Virus record (IMG/VR): IMGVR_UViG_3300014656_000046
Span: 1 to 42,385 of that record
Length of the DNA: 42,385 nt
Origin: a virus
Lineage: Duplodnaviria; Caudoviricetes
Reading direction: 5' to 3' (one strand)
In this document: positions 19,873 through 29,497 of the stretch, piece by piece
Layout of the letters: each line of letters opens with the position of its first letter
How positions within the stretch are numbered: position 1 is the first letter of the stretch
Translations under genes and position numbers: made by a program
The notes under the pieces: generated by a model
Database searches by the model: none
What the model was told of the DNA's origin: nothing
Seen by the model: the letters and a program-made list of their open reading frames with translations, nothing else

Positions 19873-22800
19873 TTCTCTTCCTCAAGGTGCTGGTGCCGTC
19901 ATCCAGAAGCCCGGCGGCTACCGTGTAGGCCGTGGTGGTGCCGTCATCCTTGTAGAGAGTGACCGCCCCGGTGGTATCATTGACCTTCATTTTGTTGCGG
20001 AGAATCCAGCCCAAGGTGCGAACCCGGTCCTTCAGGGTATTGGCCGTCAGGGTAGTGGCATCGGTGAAAGCTGCATCCTGAACGTCAAGGGCCGACTGGA
20101 CATCGGAGACCTGGTCGCTGATTCCATCCAGCAGGCTTTCTGCCATGGACCGGAAATCACTAAGCGTTCCGCTGATCCCCGCTACCATGGAGTACACGTT
20201 GGATAACTCACCGGATACGGCTGCTACCTGGCTGCGGAGGGCTGACAGGATGTCAGATTTGAAGTCGCTGACATCATCGCTGACGGTGGCGAACCTACTT
20301 CTCATGGCTGATAGGGCCACAGACTGAAAGTCACTGATCTGGTTGCTGATGCCCCCGACCTTGCTGAATAAATTGCTAGCCCTAGATTCAGCCCAAACCC
20401 TAGATGCAATATCAGACATATTGGATGCAGTAATGGTTGCCGCTGCCGTTGTACTCCTAACGCATGACAGGGCTGCCGATCTGAAGTCCGAAATCTGGTT
20501 GCTGATCCCGCCCACCATGCTGAACATGTTGCTGGCGCGGGAATGTGCCCAGACAGCAGAGGCCAGGCTTGCAGTATCAACCGAGGCACTGACCCCGGCA
20601 ACCTGACTGCGCAAGGCCGAAAGGATGACGGACTGAAAATCGGAAATCTGATTACTGATTCCACCAACCATGGAGAACAGGTTGCTTGCCCGGCTGTGCG
20701 CCCAAACCCCGCTGGCAATACTGGTTATATCGGCTGCGGCTGCGGCTGCTGCGGCTGCGCTGTGGGTATCGGACAACAGGGCTGAAATACCCACGAGGTA
20801 GGACTGAATGTCCGAAAGGCTTGAAGCGTTTATCAGGAACCTTGACCTCATGGCGGATAGAACATCGGATTTCAAGTCTGAGATGTCATCGCTGATTGCC
20901 CCCCGGACGAAGGAACGTAAGTCTGATACGCTGCTGTAAACGTCCGAAAGGGGACCGCTGAGGCCCGTAACCATGGAATAGACGTTGCTGAGTTCGGCGG
21001 ACACCGTGGCAATTAGGCTTCTCATGTCCGAGCCTACCTTGGATACCGTGCTCTTGAGGTCGGAGAAGTAGGAGGCCATGCTGGCATGGGTGGTCAGAAC
21101 CCCACCGATACGGGAGGCAAACTTGGTAGCAAGGTAGCCAACCTTAGACTGAATGTCTGACCCGCTGGCCTCCGTAGTCCACATATAGGAAGTGAGATTG
21201 GAAGGCGTAAGGGTCCCGCGAACATAGGAACGAAGATCGGAGACCTCGCTATCAACATCTGAAATGGCACTGCTTACCAGGGTGAACCTGCTGCGCATAC
21301 CCGAGAGCAGGACAGACTGGAAATTGGATACCTGATCACTGGTGGGTGCCAGGGCGAAGCGTGAACGCATGCCCGAAAGCAATGCGGACTGGAAGTTTGA
21401 TACTTGGTCGCTAGTGGGGGCCAACGCAAAACGGGATCGCATGGCTGACAGCACCGTGGATTGCAGGTCGGAGATTGAATCGCTGACCGTGTTGCTGACG
21501 GCTGCAACCTGGGAACGCAGGGCTGAAAGTAAGGCTGATTGATAAGTTGATGCCTGATCGCTTGTGGGTGCAAGCGCGAATCTCGACCTCATGGCAGACA
21601 GGATTACCGACTGCATGTCGGATACCTGGTCTGACGTTGGGGCCAGGGCAAACCGAGACCGTAAGGCTGACAGGACGACGGATTGGAGATTGGACACGTC
21701 ATCACTGACGGCCAGGGTTCCGGTGACACGGGAACTGATCAGGGAATGAACGTCTGACAGGGTGCTGGCAATGCCCGACCGGACGAAGGATCGGAGATCG
21801 GACAAGTTAGACTTCATGGCCGAAACGTTGGAAATGGTGCCGCGAAGCAGAGAACCGATGGCCCCGGCAGTAGCGAACCCTCCCGTGGTGAGATCTACGG
21901 ACCAAACCGCGCTGCCCACATCCCCGGCAGTAGCCGTTGACTTGACCATGGACCGGATGTCGGAAACCGTGGACCCCACATCTGACAGAATATCGGAAAT
22001 GTTAGCAACCTGGCTGAGAACAAATGAGTTCAGATTGGATACGGTTGCAAGCAAATATGAACCGAAGCTAGATGCCGTGGTGAGATCTGAATAACCAGTG
22101 TCCCATACTGCGGCTGCAATCAGGGATACGTCCGAAGCCGTGACCGTTGCTGCCGGACCTGCGGCCACTGCGCTTCTCAAGTCGGACATAACGGAAGTAT
22201 TGAGATTGGCCCCAGTTGTAGTAATCAAGCTGTGCATGTCGGAGATAACGTCTGATACCTGGGACCGGAGGGCGGACATGACTACGGACTGAAGGTTCGA
22301 TACCTGATCGCTCGTCGGGGCCAATGTAAACCTAGACCGCATAGCCGACAATAGAACCGACTGGAAGTTGGAGGTCTGGTCGCTTGTAGGGGCTAAGGCG
22401 AATCGGGATCTCATCGCTGACAAGACTACGGATTGAAGGTCAGAGATCTTGTCGCTGATTAGGTTGCTGATTCCGCTGCGGACAAAACTTCTGGTATCAG
22501 AAGCTATGGAGATGATCTTCCCAATCTTGCTCTGAACATCGCTGGAAGTAGCGTGCGCCCAGACCTGGCTGGCAATGTTGGAGGCCATGGATGCTCCGTC
22601 GATGCTGGCGGCCCAGACGGCAGAGGCAATATTGGAACCAGCAACCAAGGAGGCCACGTTGCTGAGTTCACCCGAGATGCCCACAAGGTAGGACTGGATG
22701 TCGCTGAGGATTCCGCTGACGTCCGCATCGTTGGCCGTGGCCATCTCAAAGGTCATCATTTGATCGGCACAGGAGGCATGCTTGACACGAACCATGAGCC

Positions 22801-23032
22801 AGTCATAGTTGCACTCGGTAGCCTTCAGGGTTGCCCGGAAGATGCCGGAGGTAACCACGGATATGGCCTTGGACACGGAACCCGTGGCGGCTGCCGCCGA
22901 ACCTCCGTGGGCTACACCGAAATACGTTGTGGTGAAATCGGAGGTGATACCGGATTCGATTGACGCAAAGTTGGTTTTGTCAACCATTGTAAACAGGATT
23001 TGGTTTACTGCGTTCTTCTTGAGTGTAGCCAT
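19865..23032 (-). CDS. Serine-rich repeat protein, probable long helical fibre
   Basis: 1055 aa with about 14 full or partial copies of a 24-aa unit (SDQVSNFQSVLLSAMRSRFALAPT) and recurring xVW motifs; non-repetitive ends. Confidence 0.75.
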   Translation of the reverse strand: MATLKKNAVNQILFTMVDKTNFASIESGITSDFTTTYFGVAHGGSAAAATGSVSKAISVVTSGIFRATLKATECNYDWLMVRVKHASCADQMMTFEMATANDADVSGILSDIQSYLVGISGELSNVASLVAGSNIASAVWAASIDGASMASNIASQVWAHATSSDVQSKIGKIISIASDTRSFVRSGISNLISDKISDLQSVVLSAMRSRFALAPTSDQTSNFQSVLLSAMRSRFTLAPTSDQVSNLQSVVMSALRSQVSDVISDMHSLITTTGANLNTSVMSDLRSAVAAGPAATVTASDVSLIAAAVWDTGYSDLTTASSFGSYLLATVSNLNSFVLSQVANISDILSDVGSTVSDIRSMVKSTATAGDVGSAVWSVDLTTGGFATAGAIGSLLRGTISNVSAMKSNLSDLRSFVRSGIASTLSDVHSLISSRVTGTLAVSDDVSNLQSVVLSALRSRFALAPTSDQVSDMQSVILSAMRSRFALAPTSDQASTYQSALLSALRSQVAAVSNTVSDSISDLQSTVLSAMRSRFALAPTSDQVSNFQSALLSGMRSRFALAPTSDQVSNFQSVLLSGMRSRFTLVSSAISDVDSEVSDLRSYVRGTLTPSNLTSYMWTTEASGSDIQSKVGYLATKFASRIGGVLTTHASMASYFSDLKSTVSKVGSDMRSLIATVSAELSNVYSMVTGLSGPLSDVYSSVSDLRSFVRGAISDDISDLKSDVLSAMRSRFLINASSLSDIQSYLVGISALLSDTHSAAAAAAAAADITSIASGVWAHSRASNLFSMVGGISNQISDFQSVILSALRSQVAGVSASVDTASLASAVWAHSRASNMFSMVGGISNQISDFRSAALSCVRSTTAAATITASNMSDIASRVWAESRASNLFSKVGGISNQISDFQSVALSAMRSRFATVSDDVSDFKSDILSALRSQVAAVSGELSNVYSMVAGISGTLSDFRSMAESLLDGISDQVSDVQSALDVQDAAFTDATTLTANTLKDRVRTLGWILRNKMKVNDTTGAVTLYKDDGTTTAYTVAAGLLDDGTSTLRKRIE

Positions 23033-23052
23033 CGGGGGTTACTCCTTTAGCA

Positions 23053-23778
23053 TTACAGTGGTCTGTATAATCGCTTGATCTTATTGCTGTCCTGGGTTAT
23101 AAGGTTGTTCACTTCACCAATCAGGGCTTCGATGCCCACCAGGCCGCGGTAGCCGTACTGGTAGTCGGGCAGAATATCCTCCCCGAACTTCCAGGGTTTA
23201 TCCATGAGGTAGTTGTTGCCTTTCAAGGTATGAAGTTGAAAGTATAAGTGCTTGATGCCCTTGTTATAACTGTCACCATCACAGATTGCGGTGTAGTCCA
23301 TGATGGTCTCACCGTCCACGGTTACCTTGCCCTTGTTGGCAGGATCGAAGTAGAACCCCGTATGGTTCTTGGGTTCCATGTCACACTTGCAAGGGTGAGA
23401 CTTGATGTGTTCCAGGAACCGGGGCGAACAGTAGAAAGCCCGGCCATGGGCACCCATACAGGACAGGGACTCGCGGTTATTGTAGAAGATGAATGAGAAG
23501 TCCTTGTCGATCTTGGCTATTTTGTCAAACACGACCATGTCCGTAACCAGGGTGTCATCATGGGTGAAGAATACCGGGTTGATACCGTCCCACAGGTTCT
23601 TGAGGTAATAGTCGTAGCCCCCGAACTCTAGGCCCACGTTCTCGATTACCGTGGTGGGCAGGGGGGATACGGCATTAGGTCTGTGGCCTACGATATGAAC
23701 GGGGTACTTGGGATGAATGGCCTCAAGCACCCGCATAAAGTCTAAATCATAGTACCAGCCCAGGATACAGATGTTCAT
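23053..23778 (-). CDS. Putative GT-A-fold glycosyltransferase
   Basis: ENVGLEFGGY...VFFTHDD resembles GT2/RgpF-like motifs; sits among glycan-modifying genes. Confidence 0.55.
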   Translation of the reverse strand: MNICILGWYYDLDFMRVLEAIHPKYPVHIVGHRPNAVSPLPTTVIENVGLEFGGYDYYLKNLWDGINPVFFTHDDTLVTDMVVFDKIAKIDKDFSFIFYNNRESLSCMGAHGRAFYCSPRFLEHIKSHPCKCDMEPKNHTGFYFDPANKGKVTVDGETIMDYTAICDGDSYNKGIKHLYFQLHTLKGNNYLMDKPWKFGEDILPDYQYGYRGLVGIEALIGEVNNLITQDSNKIKRLYRPL

Positions 23779-23945
23779 GTCGCTATATCGGTAGATTTCT
23801 TTTTTAACATGGCAATATTATGCATACGATCATCATTTGTTATGCCATGATATTTTATTTCCTGATTGGTTATTGTCATCTTGCCCAAAACAATATCTTC
23901 TAAAAATTTAACCCTTAACTCTAATTCCTTAATCTTTTCTTCCAT
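23775..23945 (-). CDS. 56-aa hypothetical protein (not in ORF track)
   Basis: MEEKIKELELRVKFLED...STDIAT; GGAGG RBS; ATGA overlap with the next gene; AT-rich. Confidence 0.55.
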   Translation of the reverse strand: MEEKIKELELRVKFLEDIVLGKMTITNQEIKYHGITNDDRMHNIAMLKKKSTDIAT

Positions 23946-23953
23946 TCCTCCCC

Positions 23954-24580
23954 CTATACCGTTATGAATAGCACTCCCTCGTTGAACCCGTGCGGGTAGT
24001 TGTTCTTGTTCTCGTACCAGTAGAACTCCTTGATGGTGTACCCATGACGGGTCAAAAGATTCTTCATGGTGTTGTACGAATAGTAAGCTACATGCTCGGG
24101 GTTCACATTCTCATAGCCCCGCTTGATGTAGTCCCCAAAGAACCCGGCCTGAAAGTTAGGAGCGCAGAACATCTTCTCGGTACCGGGGTAAATCTCCCGG
24201 AGTGTATCCAGGAAAGTACCGGGATTGCTCAGGTGTTCAATGATGTCACAGCACAGAATAAGTTCTATGCCGGGGAATACCGTGGCCCTGAACTCTTCTG
24301 GCTTGGTAACGTCGCATTGGTGGAAGTTAGGGTAGTCATACTTCACGATGTCCAGGCCATATACCTGCTTACTGATCTGCTGAATCTCGGTGTGAAGGTT
24401 ATCACCGCAACCGATGTCCAGAACCACCTTGTCCATGCACTTGTGAAGGATGAAGGCCGCACGCTGGATGACCTCCGTGTTAGGAATGGCATGGACATAC
24501 TTCTTGCGGTAGGCCGAATCCATGTGGGCAAACGGGTCGCCCTTACCGCTAAGGTTATTGATGATTGTGTCAATGCTCAT
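23954..24580 (-). CDS. Class I SAM-dependent methyltransferase (glycan O-methyltransferase-like)
   Basis: VLDIGCG, VYGLDI, DIIEHLSNPGTFL, EHVAYYS. Confidence 0.85.
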   Translation of the reverse strand: MSIDTIINNLSGKGDPFAHMDSAYRKKYVHAIPNTEVIQRAAFILHKCMDKVVLDIGCGDNLHTEIQQISKQVYGLDIVKYDYPNFHQCDVTKPEEFRATVFPGIELILCCDIIEHLSNPGTFLDTLREIYPGTEKMFCAPNFQAGFFGDYIKRGYENVNPEHVAYYSYNTMKNLLTRHGYTIKEFYWYENKNNYPHGFNEGVLFITV

Positions 24581-24813
24581 TAGTTATCCGATGATTTGCT
24601 CTTCTTCACCAATTCCTCGAATACGTCTGCCCGGATCACCGGAACCTCAAAGCAGTCTATGATGTTCAAGGCGTCGTTCTGGTAGAACCGCTTGAATACG
24701 CTCTGGGCACCCTCAGGTCCCTCGGTCGTTGCCACTACCATGTAGAGCTTGAACGGGCAGTCCTTCCAGGGAATGGCGGACATGAAATAAGCCGTCATCT
24801 TCTCATCTTCCAT
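24580..24813 (-). CDS. Hypothetical protein
   Basis: Likely start MEDEKMTAY (24813); coupled to neighbours. Confidence 0.45.
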   Translation of the reverse strand: MEDEKMTAYFMSAIPWKDCPFKLYMVVATTEGPEGAQSVFKRFYQNDALNIIDCFEVPVIRADVFEELVKKSKSSDN

Positions 24814-25285
24814 CTTTAACCCCCAATACTTTGTAGTCTCGTTTCGGGTGACCATGAACCTTGCCGTCACCCACCTCCTTGATTCTGTAGCCCATGTTAA
24901 TCATGTCGTGGGCCAACCCGTTGCCCGTGTAACCCCATTTGTGGGCATACTCGGGATGCTTGCGGATTTCATCCATGTCCCCGAAGATGAAGTCCATGAG
25001 TCCATAGTGACTGCGATAGTTTTCTACGCACTTGATAACGTCCGGGCCTTCGATGTGGACAGTGCCACCGGGCTTTAGGGTTCGCTTGATGTCCTTGAGT
25101 ATCTGCATAGCATCGTCATACGTAAAATGCTCAATGGCATGGCAAAAAAACACGGCATCCAAGGAACCGGACCGGAAGGGTAGGGCACGGGCATCGCATA
25201 CTACCTGGGTGCCGGGGTACGGGGTCATGTCTACATTGATGCAACCCTTAAAGGGAAAGGGGCCGCTGCAAAGGTTAAGGTTCAT
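24803..25285 (-). CDS. Class I SAM-dependent methyltransferase (Methyltransf_11-like)
   Basis: LNLCSG, INVD, CDARALPF, CHAIEHF, RTLKPGG, HKWGY. Confidence 0.85.
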   Translation of the reverse strand: MNLNLCSGPFPFKGCINVDMTPYPGTQVVCDARALPFRSGSLDAVFFCHAIEHFTYDDAMQILKDIKRTLKPGGTVHIEGPDVIKCVENYRSHYGLMDFIFGDMDEIRKHPEYAHKWGYTGNGLAHDMINMGYRIKEVGDGKVHGHPKRDYKVLGVKDGR

Positions 25286-25445
25286 TTATTTTCTTCTTAA
25301 TGGTTGCAACTAACTGATTACGCAATTCCATATCTACATATTGAAGACTTTCCAATTCCTGTGGACTTATCTCAATCTTCATTCTTATATGTGGTACAAT
25401 TCTATCCAGAATTGCTTGACTACCACATTGAAATTCAAATATCAT
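25275..25445 (-). CDS. 56-aa hypothetical protein (not in ORF track)
   Basis: MIFEFQCGSQAILDR...KKINEP; purine-rich RBS; AT-rich. Confidence 0.45.
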   Translation of the reverse strand: MIFEFQCGSQAILDRIVPHIRMKIEISPQELESLQYVDMELRNQLVATIKKKINEP

Positions 25446-25455
25446 ATCTTTCCCC

Positions 25456-26382
25456 CTATAGATATTTCTGGTATATCTCCAAGGTCTGCTTCACCGTGGT
25501 TCGGACATCGTGCCGGTCCGTGGCCCACCTACGATAATCAATCTTATCGTAATTCGCCCAACAGTCGGTGATAGCATGAGCCATTGATTCCGGTGAATAT
25601 TCACAGGTAAAGGGGTAATCCGGCTCCTTGTAGCCCGCACTAATGAAGGCTTTACCCGCTCCAAAAGCCTCAATACCCCGAGCATACAGAGGGTGCAGAC
25701 ACGAAACAACCATATCGACCTTATTGTAAAGGGTATTAACATCGTTGACGGCTCCCTGAAGGCTGCGGATGAAGGTCCACCATTTGTTGTTCTTAATCAG
25801 GGAATCGAAGGTCTCGTGCATACGCTTGTCGGTACAGTTGTACAGGTGCAACCGGGCCTTGGGATTCTTCTTCCAGACCTCCTGCATGGCCACGCATAGG
25901 TACAGGGGGTTGCGGGTCTGCCGCCAGTTCTCGATGTAAAGTACCGAGGGTTCCCCACTCAGCTTTTCAGTAATGCCCTCCAGGGGCTTGTACATGTCCA
26001 GGTCAATACCCTTCTGGACCAGATAGGTGCGCTTGATGCTGTTCCAGATAATCTGCTCTTCCTTACGCATGCAGATAAAGGCGTCGGTCAGGGGCGCAAG
26101 GTCCACGATGGCCTTCATGGACACGCCGTTGCCCACGCTGGACAAGGGTTCTCCGTGCATGAACATGAACTTGGGCTTGCTGTCATGATAGGAATGAATG
26201 TTCAACTGACTGTGAATACAGTGAATGTCCTCCTTGTGGTCGTCCACACCGTAAACCACCTGGTCCTCGCCGGGCTGCTTGATGCAGACCTTGTGCCCGG
26301 CCTTCTCCTCATACTTGGCAAGCTCAAGTGTGGTTCGGGCAAGGCCGCTGTTTTCTTTTTTCATCCAGTGCATGATTTTCAA
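25456..26382 (-). CDS. GT-B-fold glycosyltransferase (GT4-like)
   Basis: MKIMH...SGLARTTLELAK...GHKV, DIHCIHS, KGIDLDMYKP, LYNKVDMVV...GIEAFGAGK. Confidence 0.85.
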   Translation of the reverse strand: MKIMHWMKKENSGLARTTLELAKYEEKAGHKVCIKQPGEDQVVYGVDDHKEDIHCIHSQLNIHSYHDSKPKFMFMHGEPLSSVGNGVSMKAIVDLAPLTDAFICMRKEEQIIWNSIKRTYLVQKGIDLDMYKPLEGITEKLSGEPSVLYIENWRQTRNPLYLCVAMQEVWKKNPKARLHLYNCTDKRMHETFDSLIKNNKWWTFIRSLQGAVNDVNTLYNKVDMVVSCLHPLYARGIEAFGAGKAFISAGYKEPDYPFTCEYSPESMAHAITDCWANYDKIDYRRWATDRHDVRTTVKQTLEIYQKYL

Positions 26383-26509
26383 TTCTACGTTTCCCCCTTG
26401 TGCTTAATATTTTGTCCACCAATAAATCTTCTCCTCCATGGCTCAACAGGTGAATGTGCCATTCCATGTGGCTGTCAATAGGTTCTTTACAATACGGACA
26501 GTAAATCAT
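26324..26509 (-). CDS. Small C2H2-type Zn-finger protein
   Basis: CPYC...HMEWHIHLLSH; ATGA coupling to the upstream gene. Confidence 0.45.
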   Translation of the reverse strand: MIYCPYCKEPIDSHMEWHIHLLSHGGEDLLVDKILSTRGKRRIENHALDEKRKQRPCPNHT

Positions 26510-26793
26510 GTCTTGGTTGCAAGATAGGTGTTGACCTGGGCCGTAATATTATCAACCAGGTCCAATTTGCCCAACTGACCGTCTTTCAGCCTATCAACAA
26601 TGTTGTCTATTAATGGTTTGAGAATGGCTACGAGCTGGGTTCTCATCTCTGCCGGGGTTCCCTTTTCAACGGAAGCTGAAACCGGGGCCATGCCGATCAG
26701 GTTGCCGTTCCCGTCCAGGTAGCGAATCGTCATGGTGATGTAGTACCAGCCGTCCTTGTATTCAACCGTACACTTGACCGCATCGAAAGACAT
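26506..26793 (-). CDS. Hypothetical protein
   Basis: 95 aa with GGAGG RBS. Confidence 0.55.
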   Translation of the reverse strand: MSFDAVKCTVEYKDGWYYITMTIRYLDGNGNLIGMAPVSASVEKGTPAEMRTQLVAILKPLIDNIVDRLKDGQLGKLDLVDNITAQVNTYLATKT

Positions 26794-26805
26794 GTTGCCT
26801 CCGGG

Positions 26806-27165
26806 TTACGGCAGAGCATCAAGCTTTGCCTGAATGTTATTCTTGAGGGTGATTAGGACCCCGCTGTCCACAATGTCCCGTTCCTTGTCCATGAGCCGCT
26901 TGTGGAACTTAAGCTGCTTCTCCATCTCGTCCACCAAGATCACCTTGGCAGCGTTAAGGGAAGCACTGTTGAAAGGATCCACCTTGCTGGCTGAGCTTAC
27001 ATTCCTGGCATTCAGGACTTCATCCCAGGCCGGGGTGCCGGGATCATCGGGGATCTCCGGGTCCGGGGGAATGGCATCGTGATGAAGGTACTCCTGGAGA
27101 CTGGTGGCTATGGAAATCTTGCTGGCCTCCAGAACCATTCGGATGTCGGTCACTCTGTATGGCAT
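26806..27165 (-). CDS. Hypothetical protein
   Basis: 119 aa with GGAG RBS. Confidence 0.55.
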   Translation of the reverse strand: MPYRVTDIRMVLEASKISIATSLQEYLHHDAIPPDPEIPDDPGTPAWDEVLNARNVSSASKVDPFNSASLNAAKVILVDEMEKQLKFHKRLMDKERDIVDSGVLITLKNNIQAKLDALP

Positions 27166-27224
27166 CTCGTTTCTCCCTGTTCCCCGGTTTGCATCCTCGG
27201 TCCCAGTCGGGGCGCTGAGACCTA

Positions 27225-28832
27225 CTACCTAAAAAGCGTTCGCTTCAAAACATAGGTCACGGTTATGGAATCCGTGCCCTCATTACTTGCCGCATCGGAA
27301 GCCGTGACGGTTACCACGTTGGCCCCGCGGACCAGGGCTATGCCGCTGCATACCCAGGCAGTGGTGCCCGTACAGGACCCGCTGTCCCCGGTATCCACGG
27401 AATAGGCCACGGAGGTTACGCCCGTGGCATCGGAGGCGGTGCCCCCAAGCCGGAACGTGGCATAGCTGGTTGAATACGTGGTGCTTGAGGTCGGGGTGGT
27501 TATGATTACTTCGGGGTCGGTCTCATCACCCGAGGCATATTCGTAGGCCCCGATGTCCCAGGCTGCTCCCTGGGGACGGGAAACATCGTTATAGTCTGCC
27601 GGGCTAGACCATCCATCAATGGCCGTTCCTTCATTGATTCCGCGGCTTCCAAGGGCTAATCTATAATCTGAACCGTCAAAATCAACGAATGTCGGTTCAA
27701 TATTCAAAAGGTCCGTTGCGTCGCCGGTATGCGTTACCCCGCTGGAATACAGTAAGTTGTATCCCCGATCCATTGTGGATAATTCGCCCGAGGACCAACA
27801 TAAACTTACGTTCGTGAAAGTATGAAACAGGTTGTTGTAGCACTGGCAACCAACGGCCTCGAATTCGTTTTCGTAAGCTGTTCCGGACCGGCAGGCAAAC
27901 CCTGCGGCTCCGTCTATCAATGTATTGTTGTATGCCCAAACATTATCTACACCCTTGCTATCAATAAACCAACTGCCTAAATTTTTAAAAACATTATTTC
28001 TTACAATTACTCCGTCAGACAGGTCATATTTTTGTGCTTCCAACATGAATACCTGAGAAGCATTTTCGCACCAATTTTTTTCATAAAGCAGATCATATAA
28101 ATGTTCGCCGTTTACATCAAAGCTCTGTACGCAATCAACGTGGGCATCGGTTATGGTATGCGTACCGTGGAACAAATTGCCCCTCATGATATGGTTAGAA
28201 CCAAACACCCGTGAGTAATCGGCATCGCCGGTATATTGATGGAGGTTCTCAACTTCGTTGTCTTCGATTAAATTGTCTGCTCCGTGAATATCAAATCCAT
28301 AAGGAATATCGGTAATATAATTATCTGAAATTGTGTTGTTTGAACCGACCGCCCTGATTCCTACCGACTTAGAGCCGTTCACATAACAATCTGTTACCGT
28401 ACAATAGGAGCCAGCGATATTGACAACGCCATAGCTGGCATTTTCAAAGGTATGGTTGTTGAATCTAAAGCCGTCCAGCTTGACATAGTTTCCTGTGATA
28501 TTCAGCCCATGGCCGCTGAAGCCAGTACAGTCAATTATTGCTGACCTACTATTCTGTGCTTCAAATGTCAGTAGGTTGTTGGCATCCGTTCCGCTAATGT
28601 CTATGGTTAGCTGCTCGGCGTAGGTTCCATTCCCGATGATGATTGTATTTGACCCGGATACCGTGCTTTCCGCCTTACCGATAGTAAGCCAGGCGCAGTT
28701 AGGGGCTGAGGCTGCGGAGGCGTCGGCGGTTCCATTGCAGTTCGTGTCGTGGCCGTCAATACGAACATAATAAGTCGCCGCCCATGCGGGAGAGGAAAGC
28801 AGGAGTAGTATAAGAACAAGAATTGCCCTCAT
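27225..28832 (-). CDS. Signal-peptide-bearing right-handed beta-helix protein with Ig-like C-terminus
   Basis: MRAILVLILLLLSSPAWA/ATYYV signal; IIIGNGTY beta-helix repeats; DYRLALGSRGI...RPQGAAWDIGAYEY; GANVVTVTASDAASN Ig-like domain. Confidence 0.8.
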   Translation of the reverse strand: MRAILVLILLLLSSPAWAATYYVRIDGHDTNCNGTADASAASAPNCAWLTIGKAESTVSGSNTIIIGNGTYAEQLTIDISGTDANNLLTFEAQNSRSAIIDCTGFSGHGLNITGNYVKLDGFRFNNHTFENASYGVVNIAGSYCTVTDCYVNGSKSVGIRAVGSNNTISDNYITDIPYGFDIHGADNLIEDNEVENLHQYTGDADYSRVFGSNHIMRGNLFHGTHTITDAHVDCVQSFDVNGEHLYDLLYEKNWCENASQVFMLEAQKYDLSDGVIVRNNVFKNLGSWFIDSKGVDNVWAYNNTLIDGAAGFACRSGTAYENEFEAVGCQCYNNLFHTFTNVSLCWSSGELSTMDRGYNLLYSSGVTHTGDATDLLNIEPTFVDFDGSDYRLALGSRGINEGTAIDGWSSPADYNDVSRPQGAAWDIGAYEYASGDETDPEVIITTPTSSTTYSTSYATFRLGGTASDATGVTSVAYSVDTGDSGSCTGTTAWVCSGIALVRGANVVTVTASDAASNEGTDSITVTYVLKRTLFR

Positions 28833-29497
28833 GGTTTGTAAATCTCGTATTTAAACGTGCGGTCTGAGGTGGCTTCTATCCAGCTGAGTCCATCTGCGCT
28901 GCGCATAGTATGTTCAACTGCGCCAGCATCGCTTTGCCCTGGCTTCACATAGTTGTTTGCATCAATAGTATCGTTATAAAGCACGATCCAATAACTTACG
29001 CCGTTGCTGACAGAAGCACATATGTTGGTAGCCATTGCCCATGATGCATTGGTTGTTCCCAGGCCGGATGCCACAATCGGATCAGAAGCATCGCCGATTT
29101 GTGTTCCCGGCTCATCTGCATTATCGGTATAAATGTAAGCCGTTACATTCCCGGTTGGACTTAAGTTTTTCCAAATATTGAGGTTCATCTTGCAGACATA
29201 ATAGGTCGATGCTGCCGTGAATTTCGATGCATACCAGGCATAATCAGCATATCTTCCTAAGACGCCATTGCTTACATATTCCCCTTCTTCCGATTGGGTC
29301 TCAGTTGTGCAATCCCCAGCACAGGGATCACCGGATGAAACCACAATGCCACCGGCATGATCCTGACCCAGACCCGGCCCCTTCATGCCGCGGTAGAGAC
29401 CCCGACCAATGCCGCGCTGAGCATCCGCAGAATCTACGCTAATAAACACCGCAAATGCGGCGATAATCACCGCAACGAATAACCTACGCATGATCAT
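28829..29497 (-). CDS. Signal-peptide-bearing beta-sandwich protein
   Basis: MRRLFVAVIIAAFAVFISVDSADA signal; ASKFTA...VTAYIYTDNADEPG...YWIVL jelly-roll-like domain. Confidence 0.65.
   Translation of the reverse strand: MIMRRLFVAVIIAAFAVFISVDSADAQRGIGRGLYRGMKGPGLGQDHAGGIVVSSGDPCAGDCTTETQSEEGEYVSNGVLGRYADYAWYASKFTAASTYYVCKMNLNIWKNLSPTGNVTAYIYTDNADEPGTQIGDASDPIVASGLGTTNASWAMATNICASVSNGVSYWIVLYNDTIDANNYVKPGQSDAGAVEHTMRSADGLSWIEATSDRTFKYEIYKP

Noticed and set aside
19865-23032. Tape measure protein, or a diversity-generating retroelement repeat
   Set aside because: It lies outside the tail module of a phage with no tube gene. There is no reverse transcriptase, and the repeat differences look largely synonymous, not adenine-specific.
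23954-25285. DNA methyltransferases
   Set aside because: No DPPY/NPPY or PC catalytic motifs; the IEH motif fits small-molecule or glycan methyltransferases.
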